A DNA stretch of 64,000 bases from an uncultured Acidobacteriota bacterium (GTDB lineage: Bacteria; Acidobacteriota; Thermoanaerobaculia; UBA5066). A model generated the notes under the pieces. That model searched no databases. It was not told where the DNA came from and was given only the letters and a program-made list of their open reading frames with translations. The translations under genes and the position numbers were made by a program. This document shows positions 21,538-32,322 of this stretch, in pieces. How positions within the stretch are numbered: position 1 is the stretch's first letter; the number at the start of each line of letters is the position of its first letter. The DNA is taken from positions 256,001 to 320,000 of the forward strand of contig CAVZYA010000003.1 in the NCBI GenBank assembly GCA_963779415.1, written 5' to 3'.

Positions 21538-23913
21538 CTACGGGGTCAAACGGAACGCCACGGCCGCATCGAGCCGGAAGAGCGTCGACGGGGGGCGCGC
21601 GACGGCGGCGAGGCGCGTGACGATGTCGGGCCAGACGGCCTTCCGGAACGGGTCGGGCCTCCCCGAGCGAAGGTCGTGCCGCCGTTCGACGAGGAGCGTC
21701 GCCCACTCGGGACGGGGGGACCCGTCGAGCGCTACCGCCTGAAAGTCGAGATCGGAACCCGAGCGGCTGGCGAAGAAGATCCCGGCGCCGGAAAGGCCCG
21801 TTCCGGCGAGCGTCACGACCGCCGCGCGCCCGCGCGAGCCGTCGGCCAGCTCGGCGAAGAGTCCCTCGACGAGCGGGTGGCCCGAGGAGAAGAAGTCGAT
21901 CTCCTCCTTGAGGACCGCTTCGCCCCGGTCGAACGTCCCGAGGAATCGCGAGCCCGAGGGGACGCCGGGGAGATGCTCGACGAGCGCGTCTCCCCCCAGC
22001 TCGAAGTGCCACGTCCGGAGACCGGTGCGCTCCCCGATTTCGAGGTCGAACTGACGTGCCGCGCCGAGGACGAACTGCTCCATTCTTGCGTCGAGATCCG
22101 GAGGGATCCGAGCGAGAACGTCGTCCGCCATCCCGGCCCGGAATCCGTCGACGTGGAGATGGCGGTAGACGGCCTCCTGCCTCGCGCGGGTCGCCTCGAG
22201 CACTTCGGCAGCCAGCTCGTCCATGGGGAGATGCTGCCCCGCCTTCCAGAGTCGCTCCGCCTTTCGAACGGCCTCCTCCACGTGGGCGAGGGAGCGCTCG
22301 AAGCCGCCGAGCGGCTCCCGAAAGAGGCCGATCCGCTCGTAGAGCGCGACGAGCTCTCTCCCGAAGCCGTCCGGCGGCCGGAAGTAGACGATCTCGACCG
22401 GGCTCGTCCGGCTGATCCGGTCGAGCCGCCCGATCCGCTGCTCCACCGCGGCCGGATCGGTCGGGAGGTCGAAAAGAACGAGCCGCCGGCAGAACTCGAA
22501 GTTGCGCCCTTCGCCCCCCGCCTCGGTCGAGACGAGGAACGACGGACCTCCCTCGCGCCGGAACTCTGCCACCTCGAGGTCTCCGCGCCCGGAGGTCATC
22601 TCCTCGTGAAAAACGGCGACGCGCCGCCGCGTCCGGGTCTCGAGACGCGCCTTGAGAGCCTGAACCGACGGCAGATCGTGGACGAAGACGAGCGTCTTTC
22701 CGGGGAGAGGCGTCTCCGCGAGCCACGTCACGCGCGGGTCGGCGAGGTCGGCCTTCTCGTCGCCCGAGAGCCCCGGCTGCAAGGGCGAAGACGGGAGATC
22801 GACGGGGACGGGTGTGCGCGGCGGGAGCCCCCCGAGATCGGCGCGGCGCGTTGCGCTCGTCACGGGGGGGAGCGGCCGCCCTTTGGCGAGCGATGCCGCG
22901 AACTCCAAAAGGGTGCGGTACGCGTCGGGGCGAAGGAGGGAGAGGAGGTCGAAGAAGCCGGCGACGTCGGCCTCGAGTGGCGTTGCGGTCAGAAGCAGGA
23001 CGTGCCGCGACCGCTCCGCGAGCGGCGCGACCGCGCGCCATGCGTCGTTTCCCCCCGAGCCCGCCGGCCGCTCCAGCCGGTGCGCCTCGTCCACGACGAG
23101 GAGATCGAAGCCCGCGCTCCGGGCGCGCTGGGCGAGGTCCCGCTCCTCCGCCAGCTCCTCGAGCGAGACGACGAGGCTCCGATGGGCTTCGAAAGGATTG
23201 AATCCGGCGCCGTGTTCCTTCGCCACGTCCTCGCGCCTCTTCCGGTCGAGGAGGACGAAGGTCTGGTGGAACTTCCGCCAGAGCTCGCCCAGCCACTGGA
23301 CCGTCAGGCTCGCCGGCGCCACCACGAGAGTCCGCTCGGCACGCCCCGTCCGGACGAGGCGCGACAGGATGAGACAGGCCTCGACGGTCTTTCCGAGCCC
23401 CACCTCGTCCGCGAGGAGCCATCGGACCGGATCGGCGGCCGTCGCGCGTTCGGCCACGTGAAGCTGGTGAGGGAAGATCCGGATCCTCCCGCCGAGAAAC
23501 GAGCCGAGGCCCCGCGCCTGCCGCACCCTTTCGAGAAGGAGGCCGTCCAGCCGGTTCACGAACGCCGCCACGCCGTCCACGTCGAGCGCGGCGAGGCGCT
23601 CCAGCGGGGCGCTCGGCGGCTCGAGGGGCCAGACCTCCGGGAGCGGAATCCGCCTCCCGTCCGCAAGGACGGCCATCCCCTCCTGAAGCGCCGAGAGGAT
23701 CGCCGGCTCGCCGCCGAAGCCGGCGGTCACCCTCTGGCCCGGTGAAAGAACGACGGGGCGGAGCGCCGAATCGGCCGCCGCGAGCGTCAGGAGGACCCCG
23801 GTCTTCGGAAAGCGGACGACGAGGAGCCGGCCAGAGGCCTTCTCGACACGCCCCGGCCCGAGGTCGGGATTGAAGCGGTGGAAGAGCGCGTCCCCCGGCC
23901 GGAGCGTCCGCAT
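21538..23913 (-). CDS. SNF2-family ATPase, RapA/HepA-like
   Basis: LADEVGLGKT, DEAH, LTATP, GGEGRN, EQRIGRLDR; TGATG overlap with upstream gene. Confidence 0.88.
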   Translation of the reverse strand: MRTLRPGDALFHRFNPDLGPGRVEKASGRLLVVRFPKTGVLLTLAAADSALRPVVLSPGQRVTAGFGGEPAILSALQEGMAVLADGRRIPLPEVWPLEPPSAPLERLAALDVDGVAAFVNRLDGLLLERVRQARGLGSFLGGRIRIFPHQLHVAERATAADPVRWLLADEVGLGKTVEACLILSRLVRTGRAERTLVVAPASLTVQWLGELWRKFHQTFVLLDRKRREDVAKEHGAGFNPFEAHRSLVVSLEELAEERDLAQRARSAGFDLLVVDEAHRLERPAGSGGNDAWRAVAPLAERSRHVLLLTATPLEADVAGFFDLLSLLRPDAYRTLLEFAASLAKGRPLPPVTSATRRADLGGLPPRTPVPVDLPSSPLQPGLSGDEKADLADPRVTWLAETPLPGKTLVFVHDLPSVQALKARLETRTRRRVAVFHEEMTSGRGDLEVAEFRREGGPSFLVSTEAGGEGRNFEFCRRLVLFDLPTDPAAVEQRIGRLDRISRTSPVEIVYFRPPDGFGRELVALYERIGLFREPLGGFERSLAHVEEAVRKAERLWKAGQHLPMDELAAEVLEATRARQEAVYRHLHVDGFRAGMADDVLARIPPDLDARMEQFVLGAARQFDLEIGERTGLRTWHFELGGDALVEHLPGVPSGSRFLGTFDRGEAVLKEEIDFFSSGHPLVEGLFAELADGSRGRAAVVTLAGTGLSGAGIFFASRSGSDLDFQAVALDGSPRPEWATLLVERRHDLRSGRPDPFRKAVWPDIVTRLAAVARPPSTLFRLDAAVAFRLTP

Positions 23914-25028
23914 CAGGAAAGGGCTTGAACGAGGTCCGAAACGAGGTCGTCCGGGTGTTCGAGGCCGATGGAGAGGCGGACGAGGTCGCGGGGCGCCGTC
24001 CCTCCCGGGCCTTCGCTCGAGGCCCGGTGCTCGATGAGGCTCTCGACCCCCCCGAGCGAGGTGGCCCTCGTGAAGAGCCTCGCGCGCGCCACGCACCGGA
24101 GCGCCGCATCTTCGCCCCCCTTCACCCGGAAGGAGAGCATTCCCCCGAACCCGCTCATCTGGCGCGCCGCGACCGGATGGCCGGGGTGGGAGGAAAGCCC
24201 GGGGTAGTGGACGGCGGAGACCGCGCGAAGCGCTTCCAGCGCTCGCGCCACGGCGAGGCCGCTCTCGCTCTGCCGTGCCATCCGGCAGGCGAGCGAGCGG
24301 AGGCCGCGAAGGACGAGCCATGAATTGAACGGGGCCGCCACGGCGCCGAGAAGGTGCCGGACGTGGCGCACCTTTTCGAAGAAGGCGTCCCGGCTCCGGA
24401 AGACGAGCGCCCCCCCCTGCACGTCGCTGTGCCCGCCGAAGTATTTCGTCGTGGCATGGAGGACGATGTCCGCACCGAGCGCGATCGGACGCTGCAGGGC
24501 CGGCGTCGCGAAGGTCCCGTCGACGAGGACGAGGGCCCCCGCGGCACGCGAGAGGCGGGAGGCCGCCTCGAGATCCGTGATGGAAAGAAGCGGGTTCGAC
24601 GGAGTCTCGAGCCAGACGAGGGAGGCGCCTCCGCCGAGATCCCGCTCGAGCGCGGTGAGATCCGTCATGTCGCAGAAGGCGGCCGAAAGTCCCCACTGCG
24701 GAAGGAACTCGAGGGCCGCCGCGCGATATCCGTAGTAAACATCCTCTGGGAAGAGCACGCGCTCACCCGGCGGGAGCGCCTGGAGGACGGCGATGCCAGC
24801 CGCCATCCCCGACGCGAAGGCAAGCGCCGCCTCGCCGCCGTCGAGCGGCGCGAGCGCGGCCTCCAGAAGGTCGTGCATCGGATGCGACTCGCGGATGTAG
24901 GTGTGGCCGCCGAAGGGAACACCCGCTTCGTTCCGCTCGAAGGAAGTCGCGAGGTGGATGGGGGGGGCCACCCCGCCGGTCTCGTCAGGGGTGCGGCCTG
25001 CGTGTACGGCGATCGTTTCGAAACGCAC
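23913..25028 (-). CDS. Cystathionine gamma-synthase/lyase family PLP enzyme
   Basis: FASGMAA, ETPSNP, TKYFGGHSD, SLGGVESL, RLSIGLE; SD GGAGG. Confidence 0.9.
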   Translation of the reverse strand: MRFETIAVHAGRTPDETGGVAPPIHLATSFERNEAGVPFGGHTYIRESHPMHDLLEAALAPLDGGEAALAFASGMAAGIAVLQALPPGERVLFPEDVYYGYRAAALEFLPQWGLSAAFCDMTDLTALERDLGGGASLVWLETPSNPLLSITDLEAASRLSRAAGALVLVDGTFATPALQRPIALGADIVLHATTKYFGGHSDVQGGALVFRSRDAFFEKVRHVRHLLGAVAAPFNSWLVLRGLRSLACRMARQSESGLAVARALEALRAVSAVHYPGLSSHPGHPVAARQMSGFGGMLSFRVKGGEDAALRCVARARLFTRATSLGGVESLIEHRASSEGPGGTAPRDLVRLSIGLEHPDDLVSDLVQALS

Positions 25029-25077
25029 GGATCCTCCCCGAGCGGAGACGCGCCGGACATGGAACAATCGGCGCGTG

Positions 25078-25809
25078 ATGCACCGGCTCCTCGGAAGCGC
25101 GCTCGCCGCCCTCCTCCTCGCTCATACAGGTCCCCTCCTCGCTTTGCAAGCTCCCGCAACGGACGAGAAGAGCGCCGGCGAAGGGCTGAAGCGCGAGCGC
25201 GAGCTTCTCGCGAACTACCGCTGGAGACTGAAGACGGAGATGAGGGTGGACGGCCTCCTCCGGCTCACCCGCCTCGAGGACGTGAACCTCGGTCCGACCG
25301 GCGGGTTCCAGAAAAAGCTCGTGAGGTTCGAACGCGCGCCGGAGCCGACGCCCGTGCCGCTCTCCGACCCCCGGGCGGGCAAGGCGCCCCCTTCGCAGCA
25401 GGATGACGACCGCTTCTTCGACTCGGCGCAGTCCCTGATGGAGCTGTATGCCCGGCTCTCCCCCGAGCGGGTGAACGAGTGGAAGGCCCGCGCGACTCTG
25501 CTCACTCCCGACCCGGACCGCCCGGGACTCCTCCGGATGGAGGGGCACGGCCTCGGCCGGCCGCAGGACGACGCCGTCGTCTACATCGACCCGAAGAGCC
25601 GAAGGGCGGCGGAGATCGAGGTGAAGACCACCGTCGGACCGGAGGTAAAGGAGATCGCGTTCATCCGGGCCTCGTTCGAGCAGCTCAAGCCCGCCTCTCC
25701 CGAAGCCCCGAGTGTCCTCGTCCCGAAGAGGATCTTCATGAACCTGAGCCGGGGCGGGCACAGCATCATGCTCGAGATGGAGACGTCGGACTGGAGGCTC
25801 TGGCGCTGA
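25078..25809 (+). CDS. Exported hypothetical protein
   Basis: Signal peptide MHRLLGSALAALLL; genome-typical codon usage. Confidence 0.6.
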   Translation: MHRLLGSALAALLLAHTGPLLALQAPATDEKSAGEGLKRERELLANYRWRLKTEMRVDGLLRLTRLEDVNLGPTGGFQKKLVRFERAPEPTPVPLSDPRAGKAPPSQQDDDRFFDSAQSLMELYARLSPERVNEWKARATLLTPDPDRPGLLRMEGHGLGRPQDDAVVYIDPKSRRAAEIEVKTTVGPEVKEIAFIRASFEQLKPASPEAPSVLVPKRIFMNLSRGGHSIMLEMETSDWRLWR

Positions 25810-25825
25810 CGCGACGGACGGGGCT

Positions 25826-27049
25826 TCAGAGCGAAAGGACCCCGACGCGGCTTCTCCGGAACAGCACCCCCCCGCAGAAGAGCATCAGGACGACGCCGTT
25901 CCCGGCGAGGACCCACGGTGCCGTGAAGACCGCCGCGAGGCTCCCGGCGGCGAGGTTCCCGAGCGGCATCGCCCCGCGGAACGCGAGCGTGTAGACGCTC
26001 ACGACGCGCCCGCGCATCGCCTCCTCGACGTTCGTCTGGACGAGCGTCATGAAGGTCGCGAAGACGGCCACCATCGCGGCCCCGGCGAGGAAGAGGACGA
26101 CGAAGGAGAGGGGGAGGCTCTTCGAAGCCGCGAAGGCGACGGAGAGGACGCCGAAGACGGCGAGCATCGTGACGCCGGCCCGTCCCCGGTGGGAGACGCT
26201 CGCGAGCCCCGCCACGGCGATCGCCCCGGCGACCGCCCCGAGACCGAATGCCGCGAGAAAATGGCTGTATCCCTTCACATCTCCGCCGAAGACGTCCTTC
26301 GCGAAGACCGGCAGGAGCGTCACGAGCGGAAGGGCGCAGAAGCTGGAGAGAAAGGCGATCCCGACGAGGCCACGCAGGGACTTCGAGCCGTGGACGACCT
26401 TGACGCCGGCGCGAAGGCTCTCGAGGACCGAGCCGGTCTCCGGGGCCTCCGTGAGGGCGCCGCGCCTGAGGAAGAGGAGCGCCGCGATGACGGCGAGAAA
26501 GGAGACGCCGTTCAGGGCGAAGCAGGTGGCCGCGCCGAGGGCGTAGAACGCCCAGCCGCCGAGGACCGGGCCGATGACCCGCGCCAGGTTGAACTGGATC
26601 GAGTTCAGCGCGACGGCGTTCGGGAGGTCCTCCCGGTCGACGAGCGTCGGGACGAGCGCCTGGTAGGCCGGGCCGCCGAACGACTGGGCGAGGCCCACGA
26701 CGAGGGACAGGGCGAGGATGTGCCAGACGTGGACCTTGCCGAACGCGACGAGGGCCGCGAGGAGGAAAGCGGAGGAGAGCTGGACGACCTGCGATCCGAG
26801 GAGGATCCGACGCCTGTCGACCCGGTCCGCGAGGACCCCGCCGAAGAGCGAGAAGACGAGGAACGGGGATTCCTGCAGGAAGGCGGAGAGGCCGAGGTAG
26901 AACGGCGAGCCGGTCAGCGTCAGGATCAGCCAGTTCTGCGCGACCGTCTGCATCCAGGTCCCGACGCTCGACGTGAAGGCTCCCGCCCAGAGAAGACTGA
27001 AGTCGCGGTACGTGAAAGCCTTGAAAACCCGTCTCAACCTGTCGAGCAC
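25826..27049 (-). CDS. MFS transporter (MFS_3-like)
   Basis: GGVLADRVDRR motif A, GTWMQ, about 12 TM helices. Confidence 0.9.
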   Translation of the reverse strand: MLDRLRRVFKAFTYRDFSLLWAGAFTSSVGTWMQTVAQNWLILTLTGSPFYLGLSAFLQESPFLVFSLFGGVLADRVDRRRILLGSQVVQLSSAFLLAALVAFGKVHVWHILALSLVVGLAQSFGGPAYQALVPTLVDREDLPNAVALNSIQFNLARVIGPVLGGWAFYALGAATCFALNGVSFLAVIAALLFLRRGALTEAPETGSVLESLRAGVKVVHGSKSLRGLVGIAFLSSFCALPLVTLLPVFAKDVFGGDVKGYSHFLAAFGLGAVAGAIAVAGLASVSHRGRAGVTMLAVFGVLSVAFAASKSLPLSFVVLFLAGAAMVAVFATFMTLVQTNVEEAMRGRVVSVYTLAFRGAMPLGNLAAGSLAAVFTAPWVLAGNGVVLMLFCGGVLFRRSRVGVLSL

Positions 27050-27132
27050 GATCCGAGTCTCGCACGCCGCCGCGGATCCCCCCGGGAGGGACCCAAAAAG
27101 GCGGCCTTTCGTAGTATAAGAACGCGCCGAAG

Positions 27133-27789
27133 ATGCCCCAGATCTTCCCCAAGAGCGCGAACACTCTCGTCCGGTCGACGCTGATCGGCGCGGTCGTCCT
27201 CGCCGGTGCCCTCGGAGGGGCCGGATGGGAGATCGCCCGGTCGGGATTCGTGACCGGACAAGGGGTGACGGTGTCGCAGCCCGTCCCGTTCAGCCATGAC
27301 CACCACGTGACCGGGCTCGGCATCGACTGCCGCTACTGCCACACCTCCGTCGAGACCTCTTCCTTCGCCGGCATCCCCCCCTCGGCGACCTGCTTCAACT
27401 GCCACAAGATCATCTGGAAGGACGCCCCGATGCTCGAGCCGGTGCGCGAGAGCGTCCGGACGGGGCGGCCCCTCGTCTGGAACCGGGTTCACGACCTCCC
27501 CGACTTCGTCTACTTCGACCACTCCATCCACGTGGCGAAGGGGGTCGGCTGCGTCTCCTGTCATGGTCGGATCGACCGGATGAAGCTCGTCCAGCAGGCG
27601 GAATCGCTCCAGATGTCCTGGTGCCTCGATTGCCACCGGAACCCGGAGAACTTCCTCCGGCCGAAGAGCGAGATCTTCAGCTTCGCATGGAAGGCGGACG
27701 ACCAGCGCGCGCTCGGGGAACGGCTCGCCCGGGAGAACCACCTTCGACCGCGATTTGCCCTGACGAACTGCAGCACGTGTCATCGCTGA
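27133..27789 (+). CDS. actA: Alternative complex III pentaheme cytochrome c ActA
   Basis: Five CxxCH, QPVPFSH, LPDFVYFDH. Confidence 0.9.
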   Translation: MPQIFPKSANTLVRSTLIGAVVLAGALGGAGWEIARSGFVTGQGVTVSQPVPFSHDHHVTGLGIDCRYCHTSVETSSFAGIPPSATCFNCHKIIWKDAPMLEPVRESVRTGRPLVWNRVHDLPDFVYFDHSIHVAKGVGCVSCHGRIDRMKLVQQAESLQMSWCLDCHRNPENFLRPKSEIFSFAWKADDQRALGERLARENHLRPRFALTNCSTCHR

Positions 27790-27802
27790 GGCGAGAGAGG
27801 GT

Positions 27803-30800
27803 TTGATTCAGAGGATGTCCACGACGAGAAAATCGGACGTGTCGGCCGCCGCGACTCCCCTCGAGAAGGGGGATCTGCAGGAGCGGGTGGACGCAGCGAT
27901 CCCGGCCGCCTCCCCGGACGTCGACGCCCTGAAGGCGAAGCTGGAGGGGCGGTCGGGCCGCGCCTTCTGGCGGAGCCTCGAGGAGCTTTCCGGGAGCCCG
28001 GAGTTCGCGCGACTCCTCGAGCGGGAGTTCCCGAGCCATGCGGCCGAGTGGGAAGAGGGGCTCTCGCGGCGCCGCTTCTTCGAGCTGGCCGGCGCCTCCC
28101 TCGCGCTCGGAGGCCTGGCGGCCTGCACGCGCCAGCCGCGGGAACAGATCGTCCCTTACGTCAAGCAGCCCGAGGAGGTCGTTCCCGGGAGGCCGCTCTT
28201 CTTCGCCACCGCGTTTCCACTCGCGGGCTACGCGACCGGACTCCTCGTCGAGAGCTACACCGGACGTCCGACGAAGATCGAGGGGAACCCCGACCACCCC
28301 TCCAGCCTCGGCGCGACCGACGCCTTCGCGCAGGCCTCGATCCTCGGCCTCTACGACCCCGACCGCTCCCAGACACTCACGCAGTTCGGCCGGATCAGGA
28401 CGTGGCAGGCGCTCGGCGACGCGGTCGGCGCGCGGATGAAGTCGCTTCGGGGCCTTCAGGGGGACGGCCTCCGGATCCTGACCGGGTCGGTCACTTCGCC
28501 GACGCTCGCGGGCGAGCTGAAGGCCCTTCTCGCCGCCCTGCCGAAGGCGAAGTGGCACCAGTGGGAAGCCGCCGGCCGGGACCGCGTCCGCGAGGGAGCC
28601 CGGATCGCCTTCGGACAGCCCATCGAGATCCGGTACGACTTCGAGAAAGCCGACGTCCTCGTCACCCTCGACGCCGACCCTCTCACCGAAGGGCCCGGAA
28701 AGCTCTCGAACGCCCGGCAGTTCGCGGGGCGGCGGCGGGCGATGGCGAAGGACCCGAAGGCGCCCGCGGTCCGCTACTTTGCGTTCGAGACCGCCCCGAC
28801 GGCGGGGGGCGTCCTCGCCGACCACCGCGTGCCGGTCTCCGCGGCGAATCTCCCGGCCGTCGCGGCTGCCCTCGCGGCCGCTGCCGGAGTCCCCGGAGCG
28901 GCGGCTCCCTCCGGCCTCGACGAAGCGACGCGGACGCTCGTCTCCACGGCCGCGGGCGACCTCCGGGAGAGCCCGGGCCGGGCGATCGTCGTCGCCGGCG
29001 AGTACGCGCCACCGGGCGTCCAGGCACTCGCCCACGCGATCAATCGCGAGATCGGAGCCTTCGGGACGACGGCCCTCGTGACCGATCCGGTCGAGGCGAT
29101 CCCTCTCGACCAGGCGGCTTCGTTGAAGGAACTCGCGGCCGACCTCGCCGCCGGGAAGGTGGACCTCCTCGTCCTCCTCGGAGTGAACCCCGTCTTCGAC
29201 GCCCCCGCCGACCTCGATTTCGCGTCGGCCATGAAGAAGGCGGCCCTCGTCGTCCACCTCGGCCTCTACGCCGACGAGACGGGCGCGTTCGCCGAGTGGC
29301 ACGTCCCCGAGGCCCACTACCTCGAGACGTGGGGCGACTCGCGCGGCCACGACGGGACGGTCGCGATTCAGCAGCCCCTCGTCGACCCGCTCTACGACGG
29401 CAAGTCGGCGCTCGAGATGGTCCAGCTCCTCCAGATCGCCGGAACCGAGACGCCGCCGAAGACGCCGCTCGAGATCGTGAAGAGCCACTGGAACAAGGCC
29501 CGCGGCGGGGCCGACTTCGAGGCCTTCTTCCGGAAGTCGCTCCACGACGGCGTCGTCGCGGGGACGGCGCTCGCGCCGAAAGCGGTCGTCCCCTCGCCGG
29601 ATGCCGCCGTGCGCGCACTGGCGACGCTTGGCGTATCCGCGCGCGCCGTCCACGCCGAAGCGGATTCGCTCACCGTCCTCTTCCGTCCCGACCCCGGCCT
29701 CTTCGACGGCCGCTTCGCGAACAACGGGTGGCTCCAGGAGCTGCCGCGCCAGCGGACGACGGTCGTCTGGGACAACCCCGTCCACGTCTCCCCCGCCACG
29801 GCGCAGAGGCTCGGCGTCGCGACCGGCGACGTCCTCGCCCTCACCGTCGGCGGGAAGAGAGTCGAGATCCCGGCCGTCGTCGTCCCCGGACAGCCCGACG
29901 GAACGCTGACGCTCCATTTCGGATACGGCCGGACCCGGGCGGGCCGCGTCGGCAACGGAACGGGCTTCGACGTCTTCCCTCTCCGGACGACCGGCGCCCT
30001 CTGGGAGGCGCCGGCCACGGCGACGAGGACCGGAGGGACGTACGACGTCGTCACGACGCAGCACCACTTCAACATGGAGGGACGGAACCTCGCCCGGGCC
30101 GGCACCTTCGGGGAGTACCGGAAGAACCCCGCCTTCGTCGCCGAGATGAGCGAGGGCGACGGTCCGCCCGTCTCGCTCTATCCCGGGTTCGCCTACCCGA
30201 ACCACGCGTGGGGGATGGCCGTGAACCTCTCGGCGTGCATCGGCTGCACGGCGTGCGTCGTCGCCTGCCAGGCCGAAAACAACATTCCGGTCGTCGGCAA
30301 GGACCAGGTCCGCCGCGGCCGCGAGATGCACTGGATCCGGATCGACCGGTACTTCGAGGGCTCGCCGGAGAACCCGACGGCGCTGAACCAGCCCGTCTTC
30401 TGCATGCACTGCGAGAAGGCGCCCTGCGAAGTCGTCTGCCCGGTCGCCGCCACGACGCACAGCGAGGAAGGTCTCAACGAGATGACCTACAACCGCTGCG
30501 TCGGGACGAGGTACTGCTCGAACAACTGTCCCTACAAGGTCCGGCGCTTCAACTTCTACGAGTTCAACGAGGACAAGAAGCTCCCGAGCCTGACCGCGAT
30601 GGCGAACCCGAACGTCTCCGTCCGGACACTCGGCGTCATGGAGAAGTGCACCTACTGCGTCCAGCGGATCAACCGCGCCCGGATCGACGCCGAGCGCGAG
30701 AACCGCCCGCTCAGGGACGGCGAGGTCCGGACGGCCTGCCAGCAGGTCTGCCCCACCGAGGCGCTCGTCTTCGGCGACATCAACGACCCCTCCTCGAGGG

Positions 30801-30952
30801 TCGCGGCTCTGAAGAAGGAGCCCCTCAACTACGCGCTCCTCGGCGAGCTGAACACCCGGCCGCGGACGACGTATCTCGCGAAGCTGTCGAACCCCCGGCC
30901 GGAACTCGAGTCTCCGTCCACGCCCGGGCCGCAGAAGGAAGGGAAGGGCTGA
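27803..30952 (+). CDS. actB: Alternative complex III ActB (molybdopterin-oxidoreductase-like plus Fe-S domains)
   Basis: FWRSLEEL, TAT motif SRRRFF, C-terminal Fe-S Cys clusters, MEKCTYC; start uncertain (27803 or 27815). Confidence 0.92.
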   Translation: MIQRMSTTRKSDVSAAATPLEKGDLQERVDAAIPAASPDVDALKAKLEGRSGRAFWRSLEELSGSPEFARLLEREFPSHAAEWEEGLSRRRFFELAGASLALGGLAACTRQPREQIVPYVKQPEEVVPGRPLFFATAFPLAGYATGLLVESYTGRPTKIEGNPDHPSSLGATDAFAQASILGLYDPDRSQTLTQFGRIRTWQALGDAVGARMKSLRGLQGDGLRILTGSVTSPTLAGELKALLAALPKAKWHQWEAAGRDRVREGARIAFGQPIEIRYDFEKADVLVTLDADPLTEGPGKLSNARQFAGRRRAMAKDPKAPAVRYFAFETAPTAGGVLADHRVPVSAANLPAVAAALAAAAGVPGAAAPSGLDEATRTLVSTAAGDLRESPGRAIVVAGEYAPPGVQALAHAINREIGAFGTTALVTDPVEAIPLDQAASLKELAADLAAGKVDLLVLLGVNPVFDAPADLDFASAMKKAALVVHLGLYADETGAFAEWHVPEAHYLETWGDSRGHDGTVAIQQPLVDPLYDGKSALEMVQLLQIAGTETPPKTPLEIVKSHWNKARGGADFEAFFRKSLHDGVVAGTALAPKAVVPSPDAAVRALATLGVSARAVHAEADSLTVLFRPDPGLFDGRFANNGWLQELPRQRTTVVWDNPVHVSPATAQRLGVATGDVLALTVGGKRVEIPAVVVPGQPDGTLTLHFGYGRTRAGRVGNGTGFDVFPLRTTGALWEAPATATRTGGTYDVVTTQHHFNMEGRNLARAGTFGEYRKNPAFVAEMSEGDGPPVSLYPGFAYPNHAWGMAVNLSACIGCTACVVACQAENNIPVVGKDQVRRGREMHWIRIDRYFEGSPENPTALNQPVFCMHCEKAPCEVVCPVAATTHSEEGLNEMTYNRCVGTRYCSNNCPYKVRRFNFYEFNEDKKLPSLTAMANPNVSVRTLGVMEKCTYCVQRINRARIDAERENRPLRDGEVRTACQQVCPTEALVFGDINDPSSRVAALKKEPLNYALLGELNTRPRTTYLAKLSNPRPELESPSTPGPQKEGKG

Positions 30953-32322
30953 TGTCCGCCGCGCTGCCGCGCCCGCCCCTAATCGCACCCGGGCACACGC
31001 CCGCCACGGTCACAGACAAGATCGCGGCGACGGTCCTCGACCGGACGCCGCGCTGGTGGATCCTCGGATTCGCCTTTTCCTTCAGCCTCCTGAGTGTCTT
31101 TCTCGTCGCGGTGACCTGGCTCTTCGCGAAGGGGGTCGGAATCTGGGGAATCAACATCCCGGTCGGATGGGGCTGGGCCATCATCAACTTCGTCTGGTGG
31201 ATCGGCATCGGCCACGCCGGGACGCTCATCTCCGCGATCCTTCTCCTCCTCCGGCAGCAGTGGCGGACTTCGATCAACCGGTTCGCCGAGGCGATGACCC
31301 TCTTCGCCGTGGCCTGCGCCGGCGTCTTCCCGATCCTCCACCTCGGCCGGCCTCAGGTCTTCTACTTTCTCTTCCCCTACCCGAACACGATGGCCGTCTG
31401 GCCCAACTTCCGGAGTCCCCTCGTCTGGGACGTCTTCGCGGTTTCGACCTACGCGACCGTCTCGGCGCTCTTCTGGTTCATGGGGCTGATCCCCGACCTC
31501 GCGACGCTCCGCGACCGGGCCGGCAGCCCCTTCGCGCAGAAGGTGTACGGCATCTTCGCGATGGGCTGGCGGGGCTCGGCGCGGCACTGGCACAACTACG
31601 AGACGGCGTCTCTCCTCCTCGCCGGCCTCTGCACGCCCCTCGTCCTCTCCGTTCACACGGTCGTCAGCTGGGACTTCTCCGTCGGCATCATCCCCGGCTG
31701 GCACGCGACAATCTTCCCCCCCTACTTCGTCGCCGGCGCCATCTACGCCGGCTTCGCGATGGTCATCCTCCTCGCCGTGCCCCTCCGGGTCGCCTTCGGC
31801 CTTCAGGACTTCATCACGATGCGCCACCTCTCGAACATGGGGAAGGTGATGCTCGCGACGGGGATGATCGTCGTCTACGGCTACGCCATGGAAGCTTTCA
31901 TGGCGTGGTACAGCGGCAACAAGTTCGAGTGGTACATGCTTGCGAACCGCGCCACGGGACCCTACCGGAACTACTGGATGACGCTGATGTTCTGCAACGC
32001 CGTCGCGCCGCAGGTCCTCTGGTTCAAGAAGGCGCGCGAATCGGTCCCGGTCCTCTTCACTTCCGCCGTGATCGTCTCGATCGGGATGTGGCTCGAACGG
32101 TTCATCATCGTCATCACGAGCCTTCACCGCGACTTCCTCCCCTCCTCGTGGGGGATGTACCACGGGACGAAGTGGGACGTCATGACGTTCGTCGGGACGC
32201 TGGGCCTCTTCCTGACGCTCTTCTTCCTCTTCATCCGTTTCCTCCCCTCGATCTCGATCTTCGAGATGCGGACGATCACGAAAGCCGACGTGCCCGCGAA
32301 GCCGGAAGGAGGAGCCGCGTGA
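30952..32322 (+). CDS. actC: Alternative complex III ActC (NrfD family)
   Basis: NFVWWIGIGHAGTLISA, HLGRP, SPLVWD, GMWLERF. Confidence 0.92.
   Translation: MSAALPRPPLIAPGHTPATVTDKIAATVLDRTPRWWILGFAFSFSLLSVFLVAVTWLFAKGVGIWGINIPVGWGWAIINFVWWIGIGHAGTLISAILLLLRQQWRTSINRFAEAMTLFAVACAGVFPILHLGRPQVFYFLFPYPNTMAVWPNFRSPLVWDVFAVSTYATVSALFWFMGLIPDLATLRDRAGSPFAQKVYGIFAMGWRGSARHWHNYETASLLLAGLCTPLVLSVHTVVSWDFSVGIIPGWHATIFPPYFVAGAIYAGFAMVILLAVPLRVAFGLQDFITMRHLSNMGKVMLATGMIVVYGYAMEAFMAWYSGNKFEWYMLANRATGPYRNYWMTLMFCNAVAPQVLWFKKARESVPVLFTSAVIVSIGMWLERFIIVITSLHRDFLPSSWGMYHGTKWDVMTFVGTLGLFLTLFFLFIRFLPSISIFEMRTITKADVPAKPEGGAA

Noticed and set aside
21538-23913. SNF2 helicase as part of DISARM or another defence system
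   Set aside because: RapA-like features and no methylase, nuclease or other defence genes nearby.
6290-32322. Very long alternative-frame ORFs (e.g. 6290..10432, 21095..24109, 27677..30988, 5' part of 28048..32322)
   Set aside because: Arg/Gly/Pro-rich shadow frames over real genes, expected at high GC.
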